DNA from: Alphaproteobacteria bacterium
Lineage (GTDB): Bacteria > Pseudomonadota > Alphaproteobacteria > UBA828
Assembly: GCA_965237415.1 (NCBI GenBank)
Contig: CBDEFM010000002.1
Coordinates: 3,808,001-3,872,000, forward strand
Direction: 5' to 3'
Length of the DNA: 64,000 nucleotides
Shown here: one piece after another, positions 39,334 through 49,480 of the stretch
Layout of the letters: each line of letters opens with the position of its first letter
Numbering within the stretch: the first letter of the stretch is position 1
Translations under genes and position numbers: made by a program
The notes under the pieces: model-generated
The model's database searches: none
Seen by the model: only the letters and a program-made list of their open reading frames with translations
Told to the model about the DNA's origin: nothing

Positions 39334-40488
39334 TCACCCCGCGATATTGGCAATTCGGCTCGCGATCCGGTTGGCAGCGGCCTTCAGCGGATCGTTCGCC
39401 AGATGCGCGTAGCGGGCAGTTGTCTCCACCTTGTTATGACCGAGCAATTTCCCGATCATTGTCAGGCCCTCCCCGACCAGCAGACCGCCGCTGGCGTAGC
39501 TGTGCCTGAGGTCATGAAGGCGAACGTCCTTGATTCCGGCACGGCAGCGAATGCGGTGCCACTGGTCGTAGACGTCGCTCAACGGCTCGCCAGGCTTCGG
39601 GCTCGTGATCACCCACGGATTGCCGTCTTCGCGCGCCAGGCCTCGCAGCACTTCAATCGCAGGATCGCCCAGATGGACGATCTTGGCGCCGGTCTTGGAA
39701 TCCGGCAGGCGCAGCTCGCCCCGGTCCAGATCGACGTATTCCCATCGCAGCGTCAGGATCTCCGCCTTCCGGCATCCCGTCAGCATCAGCAGGCGGATCG
39801 CGGCGATGGCCGACGGCCGCTCCGATCCCTCCCTCTCGACTTCCCGCAGGACCTCGCCCAGACGGCGGTATTCCTCGTCCGAGAGAAACCGCTCCCGCCG
39901 CTCTTCCCGAAAGTGCTTGATGTTCCGGCACGGGTTGGAGCCGTCGGGACGCATCTGCCAGAGCTCGGCTACCGAGAACATGCGCGACAGCGTCGCCAGC
40001 ATCCGGTTGGCGTTCGTCGGGGTCGCACGCATGTCGTGGTGCAGGGACGCGACATCGATGCGCTGGACATCCGGTACCCGGCGCGCCCCCAGACGGGGCA
40101 GGATGTAGCCCTCGACCATCTTGCGGTATTGCCGCTTCGTATTAGGCTTGCAGTGGTCGGTCACGTATTCGTCGAGAAAGCGTCGCCCCAGTTCGGCGAC
40201 CGTCGGCGCCTTGGCGTCCCGCAGGTCGCGCCCCGACAGGTCCTTGCCGGTCCTGGCCGCGGTGACGATCTCGGCGGCCCTGGCCCTGGCCGCGGCCGGA
40301 GAGATCGCCCCGTGCGGCCCGATGGTGACTTTCACGGCCCGCCCGCGGTCGCGGTACTTGACGATATAGGTCTTGCGTCCCGAGGGACGGACGCGGACAC
40401 CGAAGCCCTTTATCTCGTCATCCCAGAGGACATGCTCACGGTCCCGGGGTTCGAGGGCGTCGACGGTTCGCTTGGTGATCTTGACCAT
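39334..40488 (-). CDS. Tyrosine integrase with arm-binding domain, intact
   Basis: WDDEIKGFGVRV, TGCR, HDLRH, LLGH, RYAH. Confidence 0.93.
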   Translation of the reverse strand: MVKITKRTVDALEPRDREHVLWDDEIKGFGVRVRPSGRKTYIVKYRDRGRAVKVTIGPHGAISPAAARARAAEIVTAARTGKDLSGRDLRDAKAPTVAELGRRFLDEYVTDHCKPNTKRQYRKMVEGYILPRLGARRVPDVQRIDVASLHHDMRATPTNANRMLATLSRMFSVAELWQMRPDGSNPCRNIKHFREERRERFLSDEEYRRLGEVLREVEREGSERPSAIAAIRLLMLTGCRKAEILTLRWEYVDLDRGELRLPDSKTGAKIVHLGDPAIEVLRGLAREDGNPWVITSPKPGEPLSDVYDQWHRIRCRAGIKDVRLHDLRHSYASGGLLVGEGLTMIGKLLGHNKVETTARYAHLANDPLKAAANRIASRIANIAG

Positions 40489-40560
40489 TGCACACTCCGT
40501 TTCTCTTTGCCTGCCGGGAACCGAATGGGTACCCACAGGATGCAAATCGGAGTGTATTAT

Positions 40561-40646
40561 AGTCGGTAACTGTCAGATCGAAAAGACCCTAACTCCATGA
40601 AATATAGAAACTATCGTATGACATGTGCCGACATGTCACGACATCC
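40561..40646. promoter_or_regulatory. Putative integrase arm-type sites
   Basis: GACAT at 40620/40630/40640; inverted GTC at 40562/40572; AT-rich spacer. Confidence 0.5.
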
Positions 40647-41718
40647 AATGATGATTGCCGATCACCGGCAGGGTCTCGCCGAGCGCCAGCGCACGGGACG
40701 CAAAGCTATGTCTGAGGTCGTGCATCCGGACGTCTTCGAGCCCGGCCGCGGCCCGCACGGTCCGCCAGGCATGGTCGAGACCGCCGCCGCTGTAGCGCCC
40801 GTCCCGGTCGTTGCCCGGAAACACCCAGGGGCTGTCCTTGCGTCGCGGCAGTTCTTCCAATAGCGCCACCGCCGTCGGCGGGAGCTGCACCGCGCGGGGA
40901 CCGGTCTTGGCATCGCCGAGATGGAGCTCGGCGGCGTCGAGATCGACGTCCGACCAGCGCAGGGTCAGGATTTCGCTCTTGCGGCAGCCGGTCAGCATCA
41001 GCAGGCGGATCGCCGTCACGGCCGTCAGCGGAGCGGCGCCGCTGTCGACGGCCTCGTCCAGCGCCCGCCCGAGCCGGGTGAACTCGGCATCCGTGAGGAA
41101 CCGCTCGCGGGAACGCTCGGGGTATTTCTCGACCGACCGGCAGGGATTGAAGCCCTCCGGCACAAGTCCCCATCCCGCGCCCAGCCGGTACATGTGCGAC
41201 AGTATCTTGACGCACTTGTTCGCGGTGACAGGCCGATCGGAGAGCTTCTGGTGGAACTCGACAATATCGCTCCGCTCGACCGCTTCGAGGGGCAGCTTGC
41301 CGAGGGCCGGCAGGATATGATTGTTCAGCATGCCGCGAACGCGCAGCTGTGTCCTCGGCTTGATCCGCACCGCTGCATGCTCTTCGAGATAGCGTTCGGC
41401 AAGGTGGGCCACGGTCGGACCGCCGTTGAGCCTGGCGGCAAGCGGCAGGGGCACCGGATCCTCGCCCGCCCTGATGCGCGTGATGATGAACGCCGCCCGC
41501 TGGCGGGCCTGGTCGGCATTGAGCACGTCGTGCCGGCCGACCGTGATCCGACGGGTTGTCCTGTCGGGCTCTCGCGCCTGGGCGATGTAGACCTTGCCGC
41601 CGCCGGGATAGACCCGGATGCCGAAGCCGGGGAGTTCGCGGTCCCAGTAGACCGTGTCGCGCTCGACCCTGAGCGCCGCCACGGCGCGGTTGGTGAGCGT
41701 CGTCTTGTGCACTGCCAC
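40636..41718 (-). pseudogene. Tyrosine integrase truncated before LLGH and the catalytic Tyr
   Basis: HDLRH..ETLPVIG, then NHHWMS stop. Confidence 0.85.
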
Positions 41719-41730
41719 CGCGCGGTCTCC

Positions 41731-42915
41731 TTACGCCGCCTCGGCGCGGCCCGGAACGATCTGGGCGCCAATGCTGTCTCCGGTGCGGGCGGCGGCGGTC
41801 TTCTCGGCGTCTCGCACTAAGTGGGCGTATCTTGCGGTGGTGCCGACCCGGACATGGCCGAGCAGCCGGCCAATCGCGGGCAGGCCCTCGCCCAGGGCCA
41901 GGGCGCGGGAGGCATACGAGTGTCTGAGATCGTGGACCCGCACGTCGCGCAGCCCGGTCTCCTGCTTGATCCGCCGCCAGTGGTAAGAGAGGCAGGCCAG
42001 CCGGGAGCCCGGTTTGGCGCCCCGGAGGACCCAGGGAACGTCCTCGGCCCGCTCGATGCCGTCGAGCACCTTCAGCACCGGCCCGGTCAGCGGCACCATG
42101 CGCGGACCCGTTTTCGAGTCGCGCAACCGCAGCACCCGCGCCGTGCGGTCGACGTCGTCCCATTTCAGGGTGAGGACCTCGTCCGACCGGCAGCCGGTCA
42201 GCATCAGCAGGCGGATTGCCGCGACCGCGGAGGGCATCATCGAACCCTCGGTCTCCAGCCTGGTCAGCGTCGCGCCGAGATGCCGGTACTCCTCGGGGGT
42301 CAGGAAGCGCTCGCGTGACGTATCGCGGTACTGGCGGACATGGCGGGTCGGCCTGCGGCCGGGCGGCACCATCCCCCAGTTCTCGGCGAGTGCAAACATC
42401 TTGGAGAGCACCCACACCACCTGGTTCGCCGCCGCAGGAGTGTCCCGCAGCTTGTGGTGCAGCGCCGTCACGTCCTCCGGCCCGACATCCTTCAGGGCCT
42501 TCGTTCCCAGGGTGGGGAGGATGTGGTGCTGGATGGCCAGCCGGTAGTTCTTGGCCGTGCTCGGCTTGCACCGCACATCCACGTATTTCTCAAGGCAGCG
42601 CTCGGCCAGATCGGCGACGGTGGGCTCCGGGGCCGGTTCCGGCGGGATCGGATCCTCGCCCCGCTTGATCCGGTCGATGACGGCGGCGGCCTCGCGCCGA
42701 TGCTTGTCGATCGGGTCCTTGCCGACCCGCCCCAGGGTGACCCGCTTCAGGCCGGCCGGCCCGCGGGACTGGACGATGTAGAGCTTGCGCCCGGTGGTGT
42801 GGACCCGGACGCCGAAGCCGGCGAGGTCGCGGTCCCAGAAGATCGCGTCCTTGCCCTCGGCCTTCAGCCGTTCCACAATCCGCTTGGTCAGCCTGAGGGT
42901 GCTTCTCTTGGGCAT
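41731..42915 (-). CDS. Tyrosine integrase with arm-binding domain, intact
   Basis: WDRDLAGFGVRV, TGCR, HDLRH, LLGH, RYAH. Confidence 0.93.
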   Translation of the reverse strand: MPKRSTLRLTKRIVERLKAEGKDAIFWDRDLAGFGVRVHTTGRKLYIVQSRGPAGLKRVTLGRVGKDPIDKHRREAAAVIDRIKRGEDPIPPEPAPEPTVADLAERCLEKYVDVRCKPSTAKNYRLAIQHHILPTLGTKALKDVGPEDVTALHHKLRDTPAAANQVVWVLSKMFALAENWGMVPPGRRPTRHVRQYRDTSRERFLTPEEYRHLGATLTRLETEGSMMPSAVAAIRLLMLTGCRSDEVLTLKWDDVDRTARVLRLRDSKTGPRMVPLTGPVLKVLDGIERAEDVPWVLRGAKPGSRLACLSYHWRRIKQETGLRDVRVHDLRHSYASRALALGEGLPAIGRLLGHVRVGTTARYAHLVRDAEKTAAARTGDSIGAQIVPGRAEAA

Positions 42916-43070
42916 CGCCGTTCTCCCGGCCCCGGAAACCAGTCATCAAATCGTGGTTTCTGAACCTCAACTCAGCGGCGAATCTAAGGTCACCCGTGTC
43001 GGAATGCAAGGGGCGAAAAGCTGATGCGGAGCAAAAACATCTATGTATGACAGGAGGTTGGTAGAAGCGC

Positions 43071-43105
43071 AGTCGTTACACGTCGGAGCTCGTCGTTGCC
43101 AGTCG
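43071..43105. promoter_or_regulatory. Putative integrase arm-type sites
   Basis: GTCG four times at exact 10-bp period (43072, 43082, 43092, 43102). Confidence 0.5.
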
Positions 43106-43117
43106 AGGGTTCATTGT

Positions 43118-43144
43118 GTCCCCGGAACAAGTCCGGGCATGACG
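43118..43144. repeat. REP-like palindrome
   Basis: CCCGGAacaagTCCGGG followed by CATGAC. Confidence 0.5.
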
Positions 43145-43271
43145 AAGTGGTGGGGTGAGGTCGAAGAGAACACGCACCGGATCAACGGTAAGGAGATGTC
43201 TCGAACAGGACGCTTGCACCCCGCACCATGGTGCGGTGGAGGGCGGCTGCTCGGCGCGCCAGCATCGCCTC

Positions 43272-44021
43272 ATGCAAAATGAAACCCGACAGACCACGAC
43301 AGCCGCGGCGTTCGGACGCTCCTCCGTCGCGCGGCTGCCGCCCACCCTGCGCGAGGCCGTCGATACGGCCATCGCAGACGGCGCCACCATCGACGAGATC
43401 ACGGCCCGCATCCGGGCGGAGGGCGGCGCGTGCTCGCGCTCCGCCGTCGGCCGCTACGTCAAGAACATGCGCGGCCTGATCCGCCAACAGCAGGAGGCCG
43501 ACCGCGCCAGCGAGGCGTGGATGCGTGCGCTCGGCGCGCGTGCGCAAGGCCAGGCGGGGCTCATCCTGATCGAGACCCTGCGGACGCTGGTGCTCTCCGC
43601 CCTGGCCGATCTCAGCCGGCGCGAGGAGCCCGTGTCGACGGAAGAGCTCGCCCGCATGGCGCTGGTTCTCAGGCGCATCGAAGGCACCGACAAGCTCCGC
43701 CTCGAGCGGGAGCGGGCGGCGGCGAAGGCGGCCAGGGCCGCGCCCGGCGCGGGCCAGTTGCCGGTCAGGAAGGGCCTCTCGCCCGAGGCCGTGGCCGCCA
43801 TCCGCGAGGTCGTCGAGGGAAGGCCCCGTCGGCCTGCGCGCGCCGTCACATCGGCGCCGGTCGACCCTTGGAATCCTGCGGAATCCCACTTAATCCCACT
43901 TAATCCCGGCGAATCCCGCTCAGAAAATGTGTCGGGCGTGTCCCGGCCCGGCCCCACACCATACGAATCCCTCGGGCCGGCGCTTGCAGCCCAGCCCACC
44001 TCCCGCTCGCCCCCTCCCTAG
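43272..44021 (+). CDS. Phage Mu gp27-like (DUF3486) protein
   Basis: GRSSVARLPPTLRE, TIDEI, SRSAVGRY, KGLSPEAVAAIRE. Confidence 0.75.
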   Translation: MQNETRQTTTAAAFGRSSVARLPPTLREAVDTAIADGATIDEITARIRAEGGACSRSAVGRYVKNMRGLIRQQQEADRASEAWMRALGARAQGQAGLILIETLRTLVLSALADLSRREEPVSTEELARMALVLRRIEGTDKLRLERERAAAKAARAAPGAGQLPVRKGLSPEAVAAIREVVEGRPRRPARAVTSAPVDPWNPAESHLIPLNPGESRSENVSGVSRPGPTPYESLGPALAAQPTSRSPPP

Positions 44022-44197
44022 TCTTTCAAATCCCTCAACGGCGGGCGCTCGCTCCGCTCGCTTGCCTACGCGCCATTCGGCGCGGCGCGCGGTCGCGCGC
44101 TCCGGACCTGCGGTCCGGCACTCCCCATGGCAACCTCCTGATCGGATGCCGCGCCCGCGACCTTTCAGGCGCGGGCGACTCAGGCCCGCGCGACTAG
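44018..44197. repeat. CTAG-bounded hairpin-rich MITE-like element
   Basis: CTAGTC..GACTAG ends; shares GGGCGCTCGCTCCGC with 61833-61847. Confidence 0.5.
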
Positions 44198-44277
44198 GCG
44201 CTTCCTTGCCGCGCCGCCGGGGGCGCGTATAGTCTGGCCGCTGCCGGAAGGGGGCGGACGAGGACGGAGAGCGCGGC

Positions 44278-45693
44278 TTGCGCTACATCAGCACGCGGCA
44301 GAGCGATGGCCGGGGGGTCTCGTTCGAACACGCCCTGCTCCAGGGCCTCGCCCGCGACGGCGGCCTCTACCTGCCGGCGGCGTGGCCGGCGCTCGACGCC
44401 GCCACCCTCGAAGGCCTGCGCGGCCGCGCTTACGCGCAAGTGGCGGCGGCCGTCGTGGCGTGCTTCACCGGCCGGGCCTTCTCGCGCGCGAGCCTCGAAG
44501 CCATCGCGGCGGAGAGCTACGCCGGCTTCGACCACCCCGCCACCGCGCCGCTGATCCAGCTCGGCCCGAACCTCTGGCTGCAAGAGCTCTTCCACGGCCC
44601 CACCCTGGCCTTCAAGGATTTCGCGCTGCAGATGGTGGCGCGCCTGCTGGACGCGGTGCTGGCCAAGCGCGGGCGGACGGCGACGATCCTCGCCGCCACC
44701 TCGGGCGACACGGGCGCTGCCGCGATCGAGGCGTTCCGGGGCCGGGACGCGCTCTCGGTCGTCGTGCTTCACCCGGCGGGGCGGGTCTCCGAAATGCAGC
44801 GGCGCCAGATGACGACCGCGGCGGAGCCCAACGTCCACAACGTCGCCATCGCCGGCACCTTCGACGACTGCCAGGCGCTGGTGAAGGCGCTCTTCGCCGA
44901 CCTGGCGCTCCGCGACGAGATCGGGCTCGCCGCGGTCAACTCGATCAACTGGGCGCGCGTCGCCGCGCAGACGGCCTATTACGTCTACGCGGCGCTGGCC
45001 CTCGGCGCGCCGGGCCGCGCGGTCTCCTTCGTCGTGCCGACGGGCAACTTCGGCAACGTCTATGCCGGCTACGCCGCGCGGCAGATGGGCGTGCCCATCG
45101 AGCGCCTCGTCGTGGCGACGAACCGCAACGACATCCTCGCCCGCTTCTTCGAGACCGGCCGCTACCGCAAGGGCACGGTGCACCGGACGCTGAGCCCCAG
45201 CATGGACATTCAGGTCGCGAGCAACTTCGAGCGCCTGCTCGCCGATCTGTGCGCCCGCGACGGCGCCGCCGTGCGCGCGTTGATGGCCGCGCTTGCCGAG
45301 CACGGCGAGTTCACGCTGGAGGGCGACCGGCTCGCGCGAGCGCAGGCCGTCTTCGCCGCCGCGCGCGCCGACGACGAGGCTTGCCTCGCGACCATCTCAG
45401 ACGTGTGGCGGGAGAGCGGGCGCATGATCGATCCGCACAGCGCGGCCGGAGTCCACGCGGCCCGGCGGCTCGGTTCAGGGGCGGCGCCGGTGGTGAGCCT
45501 CGCCACCGCGCACGCGGCGAAGTTCCCCGATGCCATCGAGCGCGCCATCGGCATCCGCCCGGCGCTGCCGCCGAGGCTCGCGGCGCTTGCGTCCAAACCT
45601 GAGCGGGTGACGGAGCTGCCCGCCGATACGGCCCTGCTCACGCGCTTCATCCGCGACCGGGTCCACGCGCCGCAGCGGGAGCGTGTGGCGTGA
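44278..45693 (+). CDS. thrC: Threonine synthase
   Basis: RYISTR, GLARDGGLY, ELFHGPTLAFKD, ATSGDTG, NSINWAR, VPTGNFGN. Confidence 0.97.
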   Translation: MRYISTRQSDGRGVSFEHALLQGLARDGGLYLPAAWPALDAATLEGLRGRAYAQVAAAVVACFTGRAFSRASLEAIAAESYAGFDHPATAPLIQLGPNLWLQELFHGPTLAFKDFALQMVARLLDAVLAKRGRTATILAATSGDTGAAAIEAFRGRDALSVVVLHPAGRVSEMQRRQMTTAAEPNVHNVAIAGTFDDCQALVKALFADLALRDEIGLAAVNSINWARVAAQTAYYVYAALALGAPGRAVSFVVPTGNFGNVYAGYAARQMGVPIERLVVATNRNDILARFFETGRYRKGTVHRTLSPSMDIQVASNFERLLADLCARDGAAVRALMAALAEHGEFTLEGDRLARAQAVFAAARADDEACLATISDVWRESGRMIDPHSAAGVHAARRLGSGAAPVVSLATAHAAKFPDAIERAIGIRPALPPRLAALASKPERVTELPADTALLTRFIRDRVHAPQRERVA

Positions 45694-46949
45694 GCGTGCA
45701 GACCTCGCGCCTCGCCAACGGGCTCAGGGTGGTCAGCGATCCCGTGGATCATGTCGAGACGGCCTCGATCGGCCTCTGGGTCGATGTCGGCGCGCGCTGC
45801 GAGTCGGAAGAAACCAACGGCATGTCGCACCTGCTGGAGCACATGGCCTTCAAGGGCACCGAGCGGCGCAGCGCCCGCGACATCGCCGAGGAGATCGAAG
45901 CGGTCGGCGGCCATCTCAACGCCTACACCTCGCGCGAGACCACCGCCTACTACGCCAAGGTGATGAAGGAGGACGTGCCGCTCGCGCTCGACCTGCTCGC
46001 CGACATCCTGCAGCACTCGACCTTCGATCCGGAGGAGCTGGAGCGCGAGCGCGCGGTCGTCATTCAGGAGATCGCGCAGGTCAACGACACGCCGGACGAC
46101 CTCGTGTTCGACCGCTTTCAGGAGACGGCCTACCCCGACCAGCCCCTCGGCCGCAGCATCCTTGGCCCGCCCGAGCGGGTCGGCAGCTATTCGCGGGACG
46201 CGCTCGCGGCCTACATGGCGGCGCAGTACCGGGCGGCGCGCATGGTGCTCGTGGGTTCGGGCCGGATCGATCACGACGGACTCGCCGCGGCTGCGGAAGA
46301 GGCCTTCACCGCGCTGCCCGAGGGGCCGACGGCGGCGGCGGCGGCGGCGGTCTATGGCGGCGGCGATTGCCGCATCGTCCGCGATCTGGAGCAGGCGCAC
46401 CTGGTCGTGGGCTTCGACGGCGTCGCCTACGACGACGACGACTTCTACGCGCTGCAGGTGCTCTCCACCCTGCTCGGCGGCGGCATGTCGTCGCGGCTCT
46501 TCCAGGAGATCCGGGAGCGGCGAGGGCTGGCTTATTCGGTCTTCACCTTCTCCTCGAGCTACGCCGATGGCGGCATCTTCGGCGTCTATGCCGGCACCGG
46601 GGAGGATCAGCTCGCCGAGCTGGTCCCGGTGATGGCGGACGAGCTGATGGGCGCGTGCGCCACGGTGAGCGACGAGGAGGTCGCGCGCGCCCGCGCCCAG
46701 CTCAAGGCCGGCCTGCTGATGTCGCTGGAGAGCACCCAGGCACGGGCGGAGCGGCTGGGCCGCCACATCCTGCTGTTCGGCCGGCCGCTCCCGATCGCGG
46801 AGATGATCGAACGCGTCGATGCCATCGACCGCGAGGCGGTGCGCCGCACCGCAAGCCGCATCCTGCAGGGATGCCGGCCGACGGTCGCAGCCCTCGGGCC
46901 CATCGACACGCTGGAGAGCCATGACTCCATCGCCGCCCGCTTCGCCTGA
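45690..46949 (+). CDS. M16 family (pitrilysin/MPP-like) peptidase
   Basis: HLLEH inverted zinc motif, NAYTS, GGGMSSRLFQEIRE. Confidence 0.95.
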   Translation: MSVQTSRLANGLRVVSDPVDHVETASIGLWVDVGARCESEETNGMSHLLEHMAFKGTERRSARDIAEEIEAVGGHLNAYTSRETTAYYAKVMKEDVPLALDLLADILQHSTFDPEELERERAVVIQEIAQVNDTPDDLVFDRFQETAYPDQPLGRSILGPPERVGSYSRDALAAYMAAQYRAARMVLVGSGRIDHDGLAAAAEEAFTALPEGPTAAAAAAVYGGGDCRIVRDLEQAHLVVGFDGVAYDDDDFYALQVLSTLLGGGMSSRLFQEIRERRGLAYSVFTFSSSYADGGIFGVYAGTGEDQLAELVPVMADELMGACATVSDEEVARARAQLKAGLLMSLESTQARAERLGRHILLFGRPLPIAEMIERVDAIDREAVRRTASRILQGCRPTVAALGPIDTLESHDSIAARFA

Positions 46950-47223
46950 AGATCGCGCCGGGCGGCCGCCGGACGCCCTCACCGATGTCCCGCCGGACGC
47001 GGACGAGACGCTCGACGTGCAGGGCCTGATGTGTCCGCTGCCGGTGCTGAAGGCGCGCAAGGCGCTGAAGCGCCTCGCCCCCGGCACGACGCTCAAGGTG
47101 CTCGCGACCGATCCCGCCTCGGTCATCGACTTCAAGCATTTCTGCGAGACCGCGCCCTTCGAGCTGCTCGGCTGGCAGGAGGAGGCCGGGGTTTACGCGT
47201 TCAGGATCAGGACGCCCGGCTGA
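46921..47223 (+). CDS. tusA: Sulfur carrier protein TusA/SirA family
   Basis: LDVQGLMCPLP, LATDP; ATG at 46921 with GGAGAG RBS. Confidence 0.85.
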   Translation: MTPSPPASPEDRAGRPPDALTDVPPDADETLDVQGLMCPLPVLKARKALKRLAPGTTLKVLATDPASVIDFKHFCETAPFELLGWQEEAGVYAFRIRTPG

Positions 47224-47807
47224 TGGCCTTCCTCCGCCCGGCCAGCGATTCCGCGCGCGAGGCGACGCTGGAGACGCGCGCGCGCTACCTCAGGCCGCCG
47301 CAGATGCGCGACTGGCGGGCCTGGGCCGAGCTCAGGGCGCTCTCGCGCGCGTTCCTCAGCCCGTGGGAGCCGACCTGGACGAGCGACGCGCTGACCCGCA
47401 GCGCCTACCGCCGGCGTATCCGCCGCCAGCTCAGGGACGGGCAGGACGATATCGGCTACGCCTTCTTCCTGTTCCGCCGGGACGACGACGCGCTGCTCGG
47501 CGGGATGACGCTGAGCAACGTGCAGCGCGGCGCGATGCAGTCGTGCAGCGTCGGCTACTGGATCGGCCGGCCTCACGCCAGGCGCGGCCACATGAGCGAG
47601 GCGCTGACCGGGCTGCTCGGCCATTGCTTCGGCCCCCTCGGCCTGCACCGTGTCGAGGCCGCGTGCATGCCGAACAACATCGCGAGCCGGAAGCTGCTGG
47701 AGAAGGCGGGGTTCCGCTGCGAAGGGCACGCCCGCGCCTACCTCAAGATCGCCGGCGAGTGGCGCGACCATCTGCTCTACGCGACGATCGCGCCGCGCAA
47801 ACCATGA
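47223..47807 (+). CDS. rimJ: RimJ-family GNAT N-acetyltransferase
   Basis: FLSPWEP, VGYWIG, LHRVEAACMP.N..S, YLKIAGEWRDH. Confidence 0.9.
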   Translation: MAFLRPASDSAREATLETRARYLRPPQMRDWRAWAELRALSRAFLSPWEPTWTSDALTRSAYRRRIRRQLRDGQDDIGYAFFLFRRDDDALLGGMTLSNVQRGAMQSCSVGYWIGRPHARRGHMSEALTGLLGHCFGPLGLHRVEAACMPNNIASRKLLEKAGFRCEGHARAYLKIAGEWRDHLLYATIAPRKP

Positions 47808-47830
47808 CCTTTGTGAGAATTCCGGGCTAG

Positions 47831-49476
47831 GAGCGTGCGCCGTAGAAGTTTTGATGCTGGGCGATTGGCGCGGGGCCGCCGGAGAGGTGGGATTTTGGCC
47901 CGAGTGTGGACATCTGGCCCGCCCGGTCTGGGATGGAAATCCCTGACCGGAAGGCCGGAACGGAAGAGATTCGCGTTTCATACGCGGTCGATGGGCACTG
48001 CGCGCCCCGGAGCAAGTGCGTTGGCAGGCCAGCACCTGCCTCAGCACGTTGCCACCGTCCCCATCCGCTCGATGTTCAACGCCAAGCACACGAGGTCCCA
48101 CTCGCCGCGCACCTTCGCCAAGCCTCGCAGGCTGAATCGTCGGAACCCGAGCACCTTCTCGATCCACCCGTTCGGCGCCTCCGAGAGCCACTTGCGTTGC
48201 GCGTACCGGGCTTTGCCCGCGGGGCTCGCCAGTTTCTCACCCATGCGGTGCGTGGCAGGGAGCCGGGCCGGGTCGACCGCCACCTGGGACTTGCCTTCAC
48301 GCCCCAGCGCTACGTGCGCGTCGATGCCGCGATCTTCCAGCTCCAACAGATCCGGCTCGTTGCAGTAGCCCGCATCGGCCAGTACCACCGCAGGCTCGAC
48401 CCCAAACGTCTCGTTGATCTCGTCGAGCATCCCCACCAGCTGACCCTGGTCGCTGGCCTGTGGCCCCACCCGAGCCGCGACGATGATCCGGTGCTCCCCA
48501 TCGACCGCCATCTGCGCGTTGTAGCACTGCTGGAATCCCTCGCTGCTGGTCTTCACGATCCGGCTCTCGGGATCGGTGAAATTGCTCTGCGCCTTCGGCT
48601 CGGGCTCGCCGTAGGCCCGCTTGTAGGGCCGCCCGCCCCGGGGATTGCGGTCCTGCCCAGGCTCGCGCCCGCGCTCATCGTCGCGCCCGCGTTGCGCCGC
48701 CTCCAAACGCGCTTTGGCTGCCTGGATCGCCGCCAGGCGCTTCTCCCTGCGTTGCAACTCCTCGGGCAACTCGTCGCCCCGGAAATCCTCGCCCCAACGC
48801 TCGTCTTCTTCGGCGTCCACCATCCCCGCCCTCGTCAGCAGCGCCTCGATCTCCGCCTGCAAGCGAGCCGCCTCTTTGCCCATCCGCTCATAGCTCATCG
48901 CCTTGCGCTTGCTCGCGTTCGCTCGCACCTTCGTCCCGTCGACCGAGAGCTTGCCGAACCGCGCCAGTCCCATCTCGCGCGCCACCTGCACCACCCCCAC
49001 AAACAGCTCGCTGAACGCCGCCAGATGTCGGCGTCGGAACTCACATACCGTGCGATGTTGCGGGAAGTTGCCCGCCGCGAGCATCCGAAACGCTACATCC
49101 TCCTCCAGCTTCCTCGCCACCGCGCGCGAGGAGAATGTGCCCGTCGCGTAGGCATAGATCAGCACCTTGACCATCATCGACGGCTCGTAGGGGGCGTTGC
49201 GTCGACCGTCCCCCTCGTAGGGCGCATAGAACGCCGTCAAGTCCAGTGCATCGACCACATCGCTGACGTGATGAGCCAGGTGCCCTGGGGGAACCCACTC
49301 CTGCAAGTCCGGCGGCAAAAGCAAGGGTTGGGCCGGCTGGTAAGCACGAAACGTGGTCGGCATCGGGAGTTCCTACACGCAACTGGCGTATCGGATCATA
49401 CTTCCCCCTGCGCAAATCCACCCACAACCCGTCCGCTATCAACTTTGCCGCGCGGACCTTTCCGCGGCGCACGCTC
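47831..49476 (-). mobile_element. IS1182-family element type A, complete
   Basis: IR GAGCGTGCGCCG / CGGCGCACGCTC with CTAG on both sides. Confidence 0.92.
48041..49363 (-). CDS. IS1182-family transposase
   Basis: YAYATGTFSSR, VDGTK, TDPES, YNAQ, LADAGY. Confidence 0.92.
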   Translation of the reverse strand: MPTTFRAYQPAQPLLLPPDLQEWVPPGHLAHHVSDVVDALDLTAFYAPYEGDGRRNAPYEPSMMVKVLIYAYATGTFSSRAVARKLEEDVAFRMLAAGNFPQHRTVCEFRRRHLAAFSELFVGVVQVAREMGLARFGKLSVDGTKVRANASKRKAMSYERMGKEAARLQAEIEALLTRAGMVDAEEDERWGEDFRGDELPEELQRREKRLAAIQAAKARLEAAQRGRDDERGREPGQDRNPRGGRPYKRAYGEPEPKAQSNFTDPESRIVKTSSEGFQQCYNAQMAVDGEHRIIVAARVGPQASDQGQLVGMLDEINETFGVEPAVVLADAGYCNEPDLLELEDRGIDAHVALGREGKSQVAVDPARLPATHRMGEKLASPAGKARYAQRKWLSEAPNGWIEKVLGFRRFSLRGLAKVRGEWDLVCLALNIERMGTVATC

Positions 49477-49480
49477 CTAG

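Noticed and set aside
39334-42915. RIT element
   Set aside because: The genes have arm-binding domains, one is truncated, and the third is separated by a non-coding leader
43055-43120. tRNA at the island edge
   Set aside because: No cloverleaf, T-loop or CCA end
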